Position numbers and translations under genes: made by a program. From positions 90,001 to 122,000 of the forward strand of contig NC_009806.1 in NCBI RefSeq assembly GCF_000017305.1: DNA of 32,000 nt, in the 5' to 3' direction. Positions 17,126-25,219 of this stretch are shown in pieces. This DNA is from Kineococcus radiotolerans SRS30216 = ATCC BAA-149 (lineage in GTDB: Bacteria; Actinomycetota; Actinomycetes; Actinomycetales; Kineococcaceae). How positions within the stretch are numbered: the stretch's first letter is position 1; each line of letters starts with the position of its first letter. The notes beneath the pieces were generated by a model. It worked only from the letters and a program-made list of their open reading frames with translations. It did no database searches and was not told the origin of the DNA.

Positions 17126-17331
17126 GCCTGACCGCTCACCACCAGCTCCGGCGACGCGGGCCCATCTCTCAACCCATCGCTACCGCCAGCTTCGTCCTCT
17201 ACGACGTTGTCCACAGGACGACGTGACCTCGAACTCGTCTAGCGCTCGCGACCTAGAGTGGACGCACCCTTCGACCGGACAGCGACCCGGGCGATCGGTG
17301 ACCCACCAGTCACTCGCGAGAGGCATGGTCA

Positions 17332-18024
17332 ATGCCCACCGACCCCCTGAGCTCCCCCCATGTCCTGGCCCTGAACACAGGGCCTCAGGAACCGCAGAAC
17401 AGTCGACCTCTGCTGGTCACCACTCACGACACCGCCCGCCTCACGTACCGGCACCTCACCGCGCAATGGACTGATACCTCGTTCTTGGTGAGCGCCGCCA
17501 CCTCGCTCGACACTGTGCGAGACACGTTGCGTCACAGACTGAGTGTGGAGCGCCGTCGAGAACTGGGCGGTGAGGAACCGCGATGCCCCCATGTTCGCGT
17601 CCGGTGGACGAACGGACCAACGGTCGCCACCGTCGCCGCCACGTGCTCCCTGTTCCACGGCGCAGAGTTCCATCCCGCCCTCGGCCGCTGGATGGCACAG
17701 GAAAGTTTGCTGGCACTGCCTCCCCGAGATGGCCATGAACCGATTCCTGTCCTGGTGCAGTACGACGCCGGCAGCGCCAGACTCCACCGATCGCTCAGCC
17801 GGGGCTACCGCGATGACCTGTTGCGTTGCGCGAGCGCATTCGGGTTCCACGGCACCGGCGGCTTGCTCTCCACCCCGTGGGGTCTTGCGGTGGACCACCC
17901 CGCGGTGGTCGCCGAGCTCCTCAGTACCCTCCTGTCCCGGCGCGCCGCGCGCGATGGGGCCCAGCTGGTGGACTCGATCGCACGCCGCGACTTCGTCCTG
18001 GCCGCTACTGGGCTCTCACGGTGA
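17332..18024 (+). CDS. hypothetical protein (230 aa)
   Basis: ORF with GAGAGG upstream. The stop overlaps the next start (TGATG). No motif recognised. Confidence 0.5.
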   Translation: MPTDPLSSPHVLALNTGPQEPQNSRPLLVTTHDTARLTYRHLTAQWTDTSFLVSAATSLDTVRDTLRHRLSVERRRELGGEEPRCPHVRVRWTNGPTVATVAATCSLFHGAEFHPALGRWMAQESLLALPPRDGHEPIPVLVQYDAGSARLHRSLSRGYRDDLLRCASAFGFHGTGGLLSTPWGLAVDHPAVVAELLSTLLSRRAARDGAQLVDSIARRDFVLAATGLSR

Positions 18025-18878
18025 TGGTGACCGCTTGGCACGCACGCCCAGCGGCGTGGCGGGCCTCTGCACCGGAACAGGGGGGAAGTGCAAACGACGT
18101 CGAGGCGACCTTGCCTGAGCTGCTGCGCCACGTCGTGATCAAGCACCGATGCGCGCCGGACCTGCCGCCGGGGTCGGTGCTGCTCGGCCTTGATCGCGGC
18201 GAGCCCGATCACGGTGACAGCGTCGATCGGCAGCGTCCATCCCGCTTGCTGATCACAGCTACGCCCGGGATCGGCCGCGGCCTCGCGAGGGCCGCGGCCC
18301 CCGTCACGATGGCAGACACGCAGTGGCGCGCCCACCAGCTGCGACTGCTGACTGCCGCCGTCTCTCACGCCGTGGACCTCATCGTCTACCTCCCCGAAGG
18401 CACCGATGCCCTGCGCGCGCTGCTGGAGCCGAGCGCCGGCAGTGATCGGTACGCGCGGCTGCGCCCTTCTCCCCGCCAGCTCGACTTGGCGTCGCGGTGC
18501 CTGCGCGAGGCTAGTGAGGGCGGCTCCACCGTCGACCAGGCGGTGCTGCCGCTGGCGCTGCCTGGCCGTCCTCGAGGTCCTTGGCCCATCGGTCAGCCGG
18601 TGGAGCCGGTCGGGGCGTGCTGGCTGGCTGACTCACGGTTGGGCACGGCCGCGTCGGGCTCCAGCCTGGCTCGTGGTCTGGCACGACAAGCTGGTCTGGA
18701 GCAGCTGCACGGCCGTGAGGGGGGCGTGGCGCTGGTGGTCGTGGATGCGCAGGGTGCCTGGCAGGTCTTCGACGACCCTCTTCTGTCGGCGGCACCCTTG
18801 GCTGAGGAGGTGGGTGATGGAGAAGGCCTGGTCGCCGCAGCTGGCAGTCTGGGCCACTCACGGCTTGCAGGCACCTAG
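18024..18878 (+). CDS. hypothetical protein (284 aa)
   Basis: ATG 18024 shares one nt with the upstream TGA (18022-18024). The ORF is open from 17826, but that stretch overlaps the upstream CDS. No motif recognised. Confidence 0.45.
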   Translation: MVTAWHARPAAWRASAPEQGGSANDVEATLPELLRHVVIKHRCAPDLPPGSVLLGLDRGEPDHGDSVDRQRPSRLLITATPGIGRGLARAAAPVTMADTQWRAHQLRLLTAAVSHAVDLIVYLPEGTDALRALLEPSAGSDRYARLRPSPRQLDLASRCLREASEGGSTVDQAVLPLALPGRPRGPWPIGQPVEPVGACWLADSRLGTAASGSSLARGLARQAGLEQLHGREGGVALVVVDAQGAWQVFDDPLLSAAPLAEEVGDGEGLVAAAGSLGHSRLAGT

Positions 18879-19099
18879 GATCGGCGATGGTGATGGTGGG
18901 ACCGGCGGGGGTGCGAGTCGGTGCTCGACGGCTTACTGGTTGGCCTCGAGGACGGGCGAAGCGCAGCATCCGACGAGGTGCTGTCAGCTGATGCGGGGAC
19001 GTGGCAGTCGCTGGCCGTTTTGATCCGCGTCCGCACCCCCGTCGGCCCCACCATCATCACCGCCGATCGATCCGACGAGCCTCAGTCCAGGAGGACTTG

Positions 19100-19747
19100 G
19101 TGACTCCGCACTCCTCACCCACCCCTGAGGTGCCTAGGCCCGCTGGCTCCCCTGCACCGCGTGCGTCCGGGAGCCGGGCTCCGCGGGAGGCGGCGCAGTC
19201 GTCTGGTCCTGGTGAGGTCGGCCAGCAAGAGGTGAGCCCAGCGGAAGTCACCCCGACGCAGGTAGCTGCTGAGGCTGAGCGTCTGGCGGGGCAGAGCAAC
19301 CGGGTCTTCGCCGCCGACTTGGCTGATCACCTGTGGTGGATGGCCGGGGCGGTAGCTCCGACGGGGGGTGAGCAGCACCCCATCTCGCACGAGGATCGAG
19401 TCCAGCAAGCTGCCTACCGCACGCCGCTCCTGGCCGCGAAGTCGCTGCGCGCTCTTCGCCAGGCACGAGCCCAAGGTGCGGACTTCGCGCCCCGCCTTGC
19501 GACCGACTCCGACGCCGAGCACAGCGCCCGGCGCGGCCGCTTCCTCCGGCACCTGACTCATGAAGAGCAGCTGCTGGAGATCATCGTCGCTGGTCTCGCC
19601 GCCCAGCAGGGCGTCCTGCGCACTCCCCGCAACGCGTGGAAGAGGGCCAAGGACAGGCTGGCGCAGTTGAACATGGAGGCCGACGTGCCGCGAGGAACCA
19701 TCACCCGCCTCGTCGAGGAAGAGCGTTCAGGCGGCAGAGCCAAGTAG
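19100..19747 (+). CDS. hypothetical protein, Pro/Ser-rich N-terminus and helical C-terminus (215 aa)
   Basis: GTG 19100 has GGAGGA (19090-19095) 4 nt upstream. The ORF is open from 19001. A strong hairpin follows. Confidence 0.5.
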   Translation: MTPHSSPTPEVPRPAGSPAPRASGSRAPREAAQSSGPGEVGQQEVSPAEVTPTQVAAEAERLAGQSNRVFAADLADHLWWMAGAVAPTGGEQHPISHEDRVQQAAYRTPLLAAKSLRALRQARAQGADFAPRLATDSDAEHSARRGRFLRHLTHEEQLLEIIVAGLAAQQGVLRTPRNAWKRAKDRLAQLNMEADVPRGTITRLVEEERSGGRAK

Positions 19748-19795
19748 CCCCCGCACAGCCCGTGTGATCAAGGCGGGCAGCCGATCAACGGCGAG

Positions 19796-19827
19796 GGCGG
19801 GCCCGACCTCAAGAGGTCGGGCCCGCC
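19796..19827. terminator. perfect 15-bp-arm GC hairpin, probable bidirectional terminator
   Basis: GGCGGGCCCGACCTC (19796-19810) pairs with GAGGTCGGGCCCGCC (19813-19827) and is followed by GTTGTTCT. It lies between convergent 3' ends 19747(+) and 19853(-). Confidence 0.65.
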
Positions 19828-19852
19828 GTTGTTCTGCGTGCAGAACGTTCAG

Positions 19853-22465
19853 TCAGGTCGACTGCGCCAGCTCGACTGCCTGCTCGACCCAGAAGGTGCC
19901 GGCCGCCGGCCCGCCGTTGCAGGTGCCGTCGGACTCTCCCACCCGCTTGATCCACAAGCGCGCGTCCTGGTGCGAGTCGTCATCGACGGCGGCGGGGGTC
20001 TTACCCAGGGTGCGCCCTTCGGGGTTGCACCACTCTCCGTTGCCGCCAGAGCCGTTGCGGCTGGTGTCCACGACGTAGTGCGCGCCGTCGAGCTCCTTCG
20101 ACAGCGCTTCGGCGTAGGAGCGTTCGGCCGCGTCGGCGTTGAAGTTGGACACGTTGGTGGCGAACCCGCGGGCCTGATCGACCCCGGCCTTCCGCAGCCG
20201 CTGCGCGATGGTGTCGACCTGCCCACCGGTCCACGAGCTGTTGCCGGCGTCGAGGTAGACCGCCGCCCCGGCCTCGTCGAGGACCTGCACGGCCTTGCGC
20301 AGCAGGGCCAGGCGGTCGCCTTGCCCGTCGCACTGCCCGACCTGGGCGATGGCGTCCGGCTCGACGATGACCGCGGCACCGGTGCCGCGCAGGCCGTCCG
20401 CGACCTGCTCGACCCAGCCGGGATACTCCTGCGGGGAGAGACCACCGGCGGAGTAGGACCCGCAGTCGCGGCCCGGCGCGGCGTAGGTCACCACCACCGC
20501 GGTCTTGCCCGCCTTCTGGGCGGCGGTGGCGTAGTCGCGCACCGTGGCGGTCACGTCGCGGGTCCAGTCCCCGACCCACAACGCCACCCCGCCCTTCGCG
20601 ATTCGTTCCAGCGCTTGAGCGGCGTCGGGGTCGCTGCCGCGCACGTCGTCGATCTCCTGCGCGGCATAGCTCGGGTCGGCGTAGGGCGCGGCGGCGGCGA
20701 ACGGGTTACCGCCCGCCCCTGTCTCCTCCTCCGCTGCCTCGCCGCCGGTGTCGGTGCGGGTGTCGGCGTCTGCGTTCTCGGCCGCGGTCTCACCGTCCGC
20801 CTCATCCTCAGGCGACTGCGCGGCGTCGTCGGTGCCGCCGGTGGGCGCGAGGACGACGATGGTGGGCGCAGCCTGGCTGGTCAGGTTCAGCGTGCTGACC
20901 CCCTTCTCGCTGTCCAGGGCCTTCGCGCTCTGACCCGGGACGAAGACCTGAGCGTCGACGTCCTCGCCCACGTCGAGGGTGACCTCCCGGTCGGGGACGT
21001 CGAGGGGCTTCTCTCCGTCCTGGTCCCACACCGGGGCGGCCTCCCACACCGCGACGACGGTGGATCCGTCGGCGCGAGGCAGAACCAGCGTGGTCGTGTC
21101 GTCGCTGCCGCCGTTGACCTCCACCTCCGCTGGGGAGGCACTGCCGGTCGCGGACGGGCCCCCATGCTCGACCGTGGCGATGAGGTTCTTCAGCGCCGTG
21201 GCGACCGGCTTGGGGGATCCGTCGGAGTGGTACAGCCCGAACCGGTCCTCGGCCTCGGCGTTGTTGGAGCCCTCGTCCAGCAGCTCGTAGATGTAGCTGC
21301 GGTCCACGCCGTTCTGGAAGTTGGCGAGGAGCTGCTGGAGCTGGAGCACGGCCTGGGCGTCTTCGGAGACGTGGGGCTGGACCCCGTTGCCGGCGGTGGA
21401 GTCGGTGGCGGTGTGGAAGCCCAGCTCCGTCGCCCACATCGCCCCGCCGTCCTCGACCGCGCTGGACAGGGTGGTCCGCGCGTCGGCGGCCTGCGGGGTG
21501 GAGGTGTCCACGCCGGGGGTCACCTCAGCAGCCATCTGCACCTGGTGCTCGGTGTGCTCAGCGGTCTGCATCGCCCCCCCGGTGTAGGGGTGGCTGTTGG
21601 CGATGTCGGAGGGAACCTCACCCAGCTCCGCCCTCGACTCGTCGAAGACCAGAGACGGCGCGACCACGGCGACGTCCTCGCCCAGGGTGTCCTTGACCGC
21701 GGTGTAGAGCTCCCTCTGGTGGGCGCGGACCTTGCCCGCCCAGTCGCTGACCCCGGCGTTGTCGCGCTCGTTCACCCCCTCCACCGAGGTGACGTTGAGG
21801 TCGTTGTCCTTGATGAGCTGCAACTGGTTCTCGATGGTGAAGGACGAGGTCTCCGGCTGCGCGACCCAGTTGATCGAGATGCCGGCCTCGCTGAGGCGCT
21901 TCATCGACTCCAGGGGCACGGAGTCGGTGGAGCCCAGACCGTCGCGGACGTGCTTCACGCCCAGGTCCTCGGCCAGCTTCACCGAGTCCACGTCCCCGTA
22001 GGCGCGGTCGAGGTAGGCGACGTGCATCCCGACGCCGATGGAGTTCACGAAGCCCCCCGCGGTGAGGACGGTGTTGTTCGCGCCCGCGGGGAGGGCCGCG
22101 GCGTCCTTGCCGGTTGTCGTAGAGGGGTGGGGCTGGTCTTGGTCTTCTCGACCCTCATCCTCGGTTGCCTCGTTGCTCTCGCCGACGCCGGTGACCCAGC
22201 GCTTGAGCTTCTCCCAGAGGCTGTCCACCTCGTCCTGGTCGGCCGGGTCGGCGGCCTTCGGCGTCCGTGCGTCGGGGTCGATCGAGGCGGGGTCTTCCGA
22301 CTCGGTCGGTGAGGCCGACGAGGTGGGTGCCGGTGCGGCGCCGGCTGCAGCCTGCGCCGGTAGCGGGGCGAGCAGCGCACCGCCAGCAGCCAGGGCCGCG
22401 GCCAGGGCGAGGCTGCGGCGGTAACGAGGGGAGGGGCGGGACGACGGTGCGGTGGAGCTGGTCAT
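19853..22465 (-). CDS. secreted two-catalytic-domain glycoside hydrolase: N-terminal clan GH-A-like (beta/alpha)8 domain plus C-terminal GH6 domain
   Basis: Signal peptide RRSLALAAALAAGGALLAPLPAQAAAG. GH6 signature 1 is VVTYAAPGRDCGSYSAGG (about 20441-20494) and signature 2 is AVIVEPDAIA (20345-20374); both fit the PROSITE patterns exactly. Also YLDAGNSSW, GFATNVSNF, VVDTSRNG, WCNP and WIKRVGESDG. The N-terminal domain has NE (GVNERDN) and ATELGF, typical of GH-A acid and nucleophile positions. ATG 22465 has a GGAG Shine-Dalgarno. Confidence 0.85.
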   Translation of the reverse strand: MTSSTAPSSRPSPRYRRSLALAAALAAGGALLAPLPAQAAAGAAPAPTSSASPTESEDPASIDPDARTPKAADPADQDEVDSLWEKLKRWVTGVGESNEATEDEGREDQDQPHPSTTTGKDAAALPAGANNTVLTAGGFVNSIGVGMHVAYLDRAYGDVDSVKLAEDLGVKHVRDGLGSTDSVPLESMKRLSEAGISINWVAQPETSSFTIENQLQLIKDNDLNVTSVEGVNERDNAGVSDWAGKVRAHQRELYTAVKDTLGEDVAVVAPSLVFDESRAELGEVPSDIANSHPYTGGAMQTAEHTEHQVQMAAEVTPGVDTSTPQAADARTTLSSAVEDGGAMWATELGFHTATDSTAGNGVQPHVSEDAQAVLQLQQLLANFQNGVDRSYIYELLDEGSNNAEAEDRFGLYHSDGSPKPVATALKNLIATVEHGGPSATGSASPAEVEVNGGSDDTTTLVLPRADGSTVVAVWEAAPVWDQDGEKPLDVPDREVTLDVGEDVDAQVFVPGQSAKALDSEKGVSTLNLTSQAAPTIVVLAPTGGTDDAAQSPEDEADGETAAENADADTRTDTGGEAAEEETGAGGNPFAAAAPYADPSYAAQEIDDVRGSDPDAAQALERIAKGGVALWVGDWTRDVTATVRDYATAAQKAGKTAVVVTYAAPGRDCGSYSAGGLSPQEYPGWVEQVADGLRGTGAAVIVEPDAIAQVGQCDGQGDRLALLRKAVQVLDEAGAAVYLDAGNSSWTGGQVDTIAQRLRKAGVDQARGFATNVSNFNADAAERSYAEALSKELDGAHYVVDTSRNGSGGNGEWCNPEGRTLGKTPAAVDDDSHQDARLWIKRVGESDGTCNGGPAAGTFWVEQAVELAQST

Positions 22466-22477
22466 GGCTCGTCTCCA

Positions 22478-22510
22478 GACAAGGGGATGACAAGGGGATG
22501 ACAAGGGGAG
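22478..22510. repeat. 3 head-to-tail copies of 11-bp GACAAGGGGAT/G in the 5' leader of the GH6 gene
   Basis: Copies at 22478-22488, 22489-22499 and 22500-22510 (the last base differs). They lie between the terminator hairpin and the RBS/ATG of the minus-strand gene. Confidence 0.85.
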
Positions 22511-22545
22511 ACCGCCCACCGCAGAGGCTGCAGGTGGGCGGTCTC
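22508..22545 (-). terminator. 13-bp-arm hairpin downstream of the GH26-like gene
   Basis: GAGACCGCCCACC (22508-22520) pairs with GGTGGGCGGTCTC (22533-22545). The loop GCAGAGGCTGCA can extend the stem. It lies 41 nt after the stop at 22586 (minus strand). Confidence 0.55.
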
Positions 22546-22585
22546 AGTGGATGCGAGGCAGAGCGCCTCGCGCCCGCGGTCGAGC

Positions 22586-24628
22586 TCAGCCGACGTCGCT
22601 GAACGCCTTGCCGTAGGCAGCAGCCGACTCCGGGACCTTGCCGGAGTTCAGCCGCCAGTTGTCGTTGTCCTTGTCGATGTTGAACAGGGACTCCGCGAAA
22701 ACGTCACCAGCGCCGGGTCCGGCGTTGCTGGAGAAGGTGTCGTGCATCTCGGTGACGAACACGCCTGCGTCGCCATCCTTCGCGCTGACCGACCACTCCC
22801 CGAACTCGATGGGCAGCCCCGCCGAGCGGGCCGCGGCGAGCCAGGTCTTGATGCCCTTCGGGCCGCCGCCACCGTCGAGCATGGTGGCCCGCTCGTCGAA
22901 CTCGGCCTTGCTGGCGACGTAGGGGTAGGCGTTGTAGTAGGACGCGCCCAGGAAGTCGATGCTGCCCTTGACGGCCTGGATCAGGTCGTGGCTGTCGCCG
23001 TCGTAGCCGTTGGACTCGTGGTTGAACCGGACGCCCAACCGCGCGTCGGGGAACTCCTCCTGCTGGATCGACCGGGCCCGCTGGAACGCCTTGGTCCAGG
23101 CGTCCTCCTGCCCGGCCTGAACGTGCCACGACATCCAGTAGCCGTTGGCCTCGTACCCGTACTCGATGTAGGCGGTCCCGTCACGACCGGCCCACTTCGA
23201 CTTCATGGTCGAGAAGGCGTGGCGCAGGTACTCGTCGTTCTGGCCGTCCGCGGTGGCTTCCCAGGAGGACCCATCCGGGAACGGCGGCATGGCGATGATG
23301 AGCGACTTGTCCCACTTGTCCGGGCCGAACTCCGCGCCCGGGTTGAGCTGGTCGGCGTTGCCGGAGTAGTCAGTCCATGTCGTCGCCACCTCGGCGGGGA
23401 CGCCGCGCAGCTTCTCGATGGCGGGGCGGTCCCCGGAGATACCGGAGAGCCAGTCCCCGGCCGCGACCTCAACCTTGCCCTTGCCGCTGCTGGTTGAGGC
23501 CGGCGTGGCGTCCACCTCGTCCCGCCCCTCTTCGCTGTCCTGCTCGCCGGCCTGGTCCTCGGCCGGGTCCTCGTTGTCACTGCTGGAGCCTTCGCCGCAG
23601 TCAGACGCCCGCTCGGCGGCCTTCTTGCGGACCTCGTCACTGAACGTCGGCGCCGCGCTGGGGCCGTCCTCCAGTGGGGCGTCGACCGTGTTGTCCTCGA
23701 CGCTGGTGGTGAGCTGGGCATCGGCCTGCGTGACGTCGCAGGTGTCCCCGCTGGTGTCCCCGCTGCTGTCATTGTCGTTCTTGCTGTCGTCTTCGTCCGT
23801 CGTCTCGGTGCTCGAAGGCGGGGAGCTGGTCGACGAGCTCGACGGGGAGCTCGTCGAGGAGGCCGCCGCGCTGGACGTCGCGTTGGAGGTCGGGGAGCTA
23901 GTCGGCGCGGCCGTCGGGGTGCTCTCCTCGTCCCCGCTGCCTTGCTCCTCCTTACCGTCCTGGTCGTCCTGGTTGTTGGAGTCCGGGGCGTTGTCGCTGC
24001 TCTCGGCGCTGTCGTTGCCGGTGATCTTGTCGACGAGGAGGTGCCAGGTGCGGGTGACCCAGGACTGGTCGTCGGGATCGGCTGCGGCCGGGGCCTGCTC
24101 GGGCAGGACCCACACCGTCTGCACGCCCTCGGTGCTGGCCTGGAGGGTGACCTCGGTGGAGTCTTCCGACGCCTCCTGGTCGACGACGGCACCGGTCGCG
24201 GCGGCGGCAGAGGCCGATCCGCTGCTGGTCTCGTCGCTGCTGCTGGACTTGGTGGCCGGCACGATCGCGTCGCCGTCGTCGGTGACCGTCTGGGTGGCGA
24301 TGGCCTTGGCGTCGACGGTGACGGTGAAGTCCTTGGACTGCGTCTCGTCCTTGCCGGACTTCTCTCCTGCCGCCTCGTTGGGGACGTAGACGAAGCTCAC
24401 CTGGACGCCACCGCCGGTGAGGCTGGCGACGCTGTAGCGGATGCTGCCGCCGGTCCCGGTGACGGTGGGGTGCAGGACGGTGGTCTCGACGTCGCCGTTG
24501 TCGGTCTTCTCGGCGGCGGTCGCTGCTCCGGGCTGGGCCAGGACGAGCAGACCGGTCATAGCCGCAGCCGCGGCGAGGGTTGTGGGGCGGCGTCTAGCGG
24601 AACGCGTCGTACGGGGCGGTGTGGGCAC
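22586..24628 (-). CDS. secreted protein with C-terminal GH26-like (clan GH-A) glycosidase domain, Ser/Asp/Thr-rich linker and N-terminal beta-rich domain
   Basis: GTG 24628 has AAGGAG 6 nt upstream. Arg-rich signal peptide (RSARRRPTTLAAAAAMTGLLVLAQPGAATAAE). YGYEANGYWMSW (about 23126-23165) resembles the GH26 HEMNGxWFWW acid/base motif. PIEFGEWSV is a candidate nucleophile. Confidence 0.55.
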   Translation of the reverse strand: MPTPPRTTRSARRRPTTLAAAAAMTGLLVLAQPGAATAAEKTDNGDVETTVLHPTVTGTGGSIRYSVASLTGGGVQVSFVYVPNEAAGEKSGKDETQSKDFTVTVDAKAIATQTVTDDGDAIVPATKSSSSDETSSGSASAAAATGAVVDQEASEDSTEVTLQASTEGVQTVWVLPEQAPAAADPDDQSWVTRTWHLLVDKITGNDSAESSDNAPDSNNQDDQDGKEEQGSGDEESTPTAAPTSSPTSNATSSAAASSTSSPSSSSTSSPPSSTETTDEDDSKNDNDSSGDTSGDTCDVTQADAQLTTSVEDNTVDAPLEDGPSAAPTFSDEVRKKAAERASDCGEGSSSDNEDPAEDQAGEQDSEEGRDEVDATPASTSSGKGKVEVAAGDWLSGISGDRPAIEKLRGVPAEVATTWTDYSGNADQLNPGAEFGPDKWDKSLIIAMPPFPDGSSWEATADGQNDEYLRHAFSTMKSKWAGRDGTAYIEYGYEANGYWMSWHVQAGQEDAWTKAFQRARSIQQEEFPDARLGVRFNHESNGYDGDSHDLIQAVKGSIDFLGASYYNAYPYVASKAEFDERATMLDGGGGPKGIKTWLAAARSAGLPIEFGEWSVSAKDGDAGVFVTEMHDTFSSNAGPGAGDVFAESLFNIDKDNDNWRLNSGKVPESAAAYGKAFSDVG

Positions 24629-24691
24629 CAGGAGCTCCTTGAGACGTGAACTAGAAAGGGAAGGTCAGGGAGGGCATCAACTGCTGCAAGC

Positions 24692-24747
24692 GCCGCTACC
24701 CATTACCCGCAGCGGGTAGTGACTCATTACCCGCGCAGGGTAGCGGC
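24692..24747. promoter_or_regulatory. nested direct and inverted repeats built on 5 TACCC/GGGTA cores
   Basis: GCCGCTACCC (24692-24701) is the inverted partner of GGGTAGCGGC (24738-24747). CATTACCCGC is a direct repeat at 24701-24710 and 24725-24734. Between them, GCGGGTAGTG (24713-24722) is its reverse complement with one mismatch. Confidence 0.5.
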
Positions 24748-24802
24748 CTGGGCTCGTTGTTCCAACAGGCACCGCGGAGGACCCCGGGACCGGTGCTGCA
24801 CG

Positions 24803-25135
24803 TCAGCGCACCTGCCCCTGCTCCTCGTGGGCGCGACGGGCCCGGCGCTTCGCGATGGCACTGACGGCGAAGGCAAGCAGGAGCAGGCCGGCAGCGACCG
24901 CGACCAGGAGGCGCGTCAGATCCAGTCCCGCTCCGCCGCTGGCTGGAAGGGTCACCACGAGCTCAGCGCTCGCGGGGAGGATGACGTCGTGGCCAAGGAG
25001 CCAGGCGGTGATGCGCCTCCAGGCGACACCTATCCCACCGAAGGCGACGAAAGCTGCAGCGATCAAGAACAGCTGACCCCGCTCGTCGTCGCTGACTGCG
25101 CCCGACGGAGGGGTGTTCTGGGCGGGGCGTTCCAT
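24803..25135 (-). CDS. small two-TM membrane protein (110 aa)
   Basis: ATG 25135 has AGGAG 5 nt upstream (ORF open to GTG 25171). Helices LFLIAAAFVAFGGIGVAW and LLVAVAAGLLLLAFAVSAI. It starts 85 nt after the stop of the translocase gene (25220). Confidence 0.5.
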   Translation of the reverse strand: MERPAQNTPPSGAVSDDERGQLFLIAAAFVAFGGIGVAWRRITAWLLGHDVILPASAELVVTLPASGGAGLDLTRLLVAVAAGLLLLAFAVSAIAKRRARRAHEEQGQVR

Positions 25136-25219
25136 GGTGTCTCCTGACACTGCTCGGGTGGTGGTTGGCACGGTGCGCTCTGCGCTGTGCTGGCTTGCTC
25201 GGCAGACGGATCGATGCCG

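Noticed and set aside
19829-22312. 827-aa ORF on the plus strand, the largest plus-strand ORF in the track
   Set aside because: It is exactly antisense to the GH-A/GH6 gene, whose product matches both PROSITE GH6 signatures. Its own translation is Gly/Arg/Val/Leu-rich low-complexity sequence, typical of shadow ORFs in 70% GC DNA. The same reasoning applies to 25526-27214(+), 808-1581(+), 2679-3626(+), 14382-15131(+), 23418-24389(+), 23203-24192(-), 26985-28184(-), 10401-11114(-) and similar ORFs.
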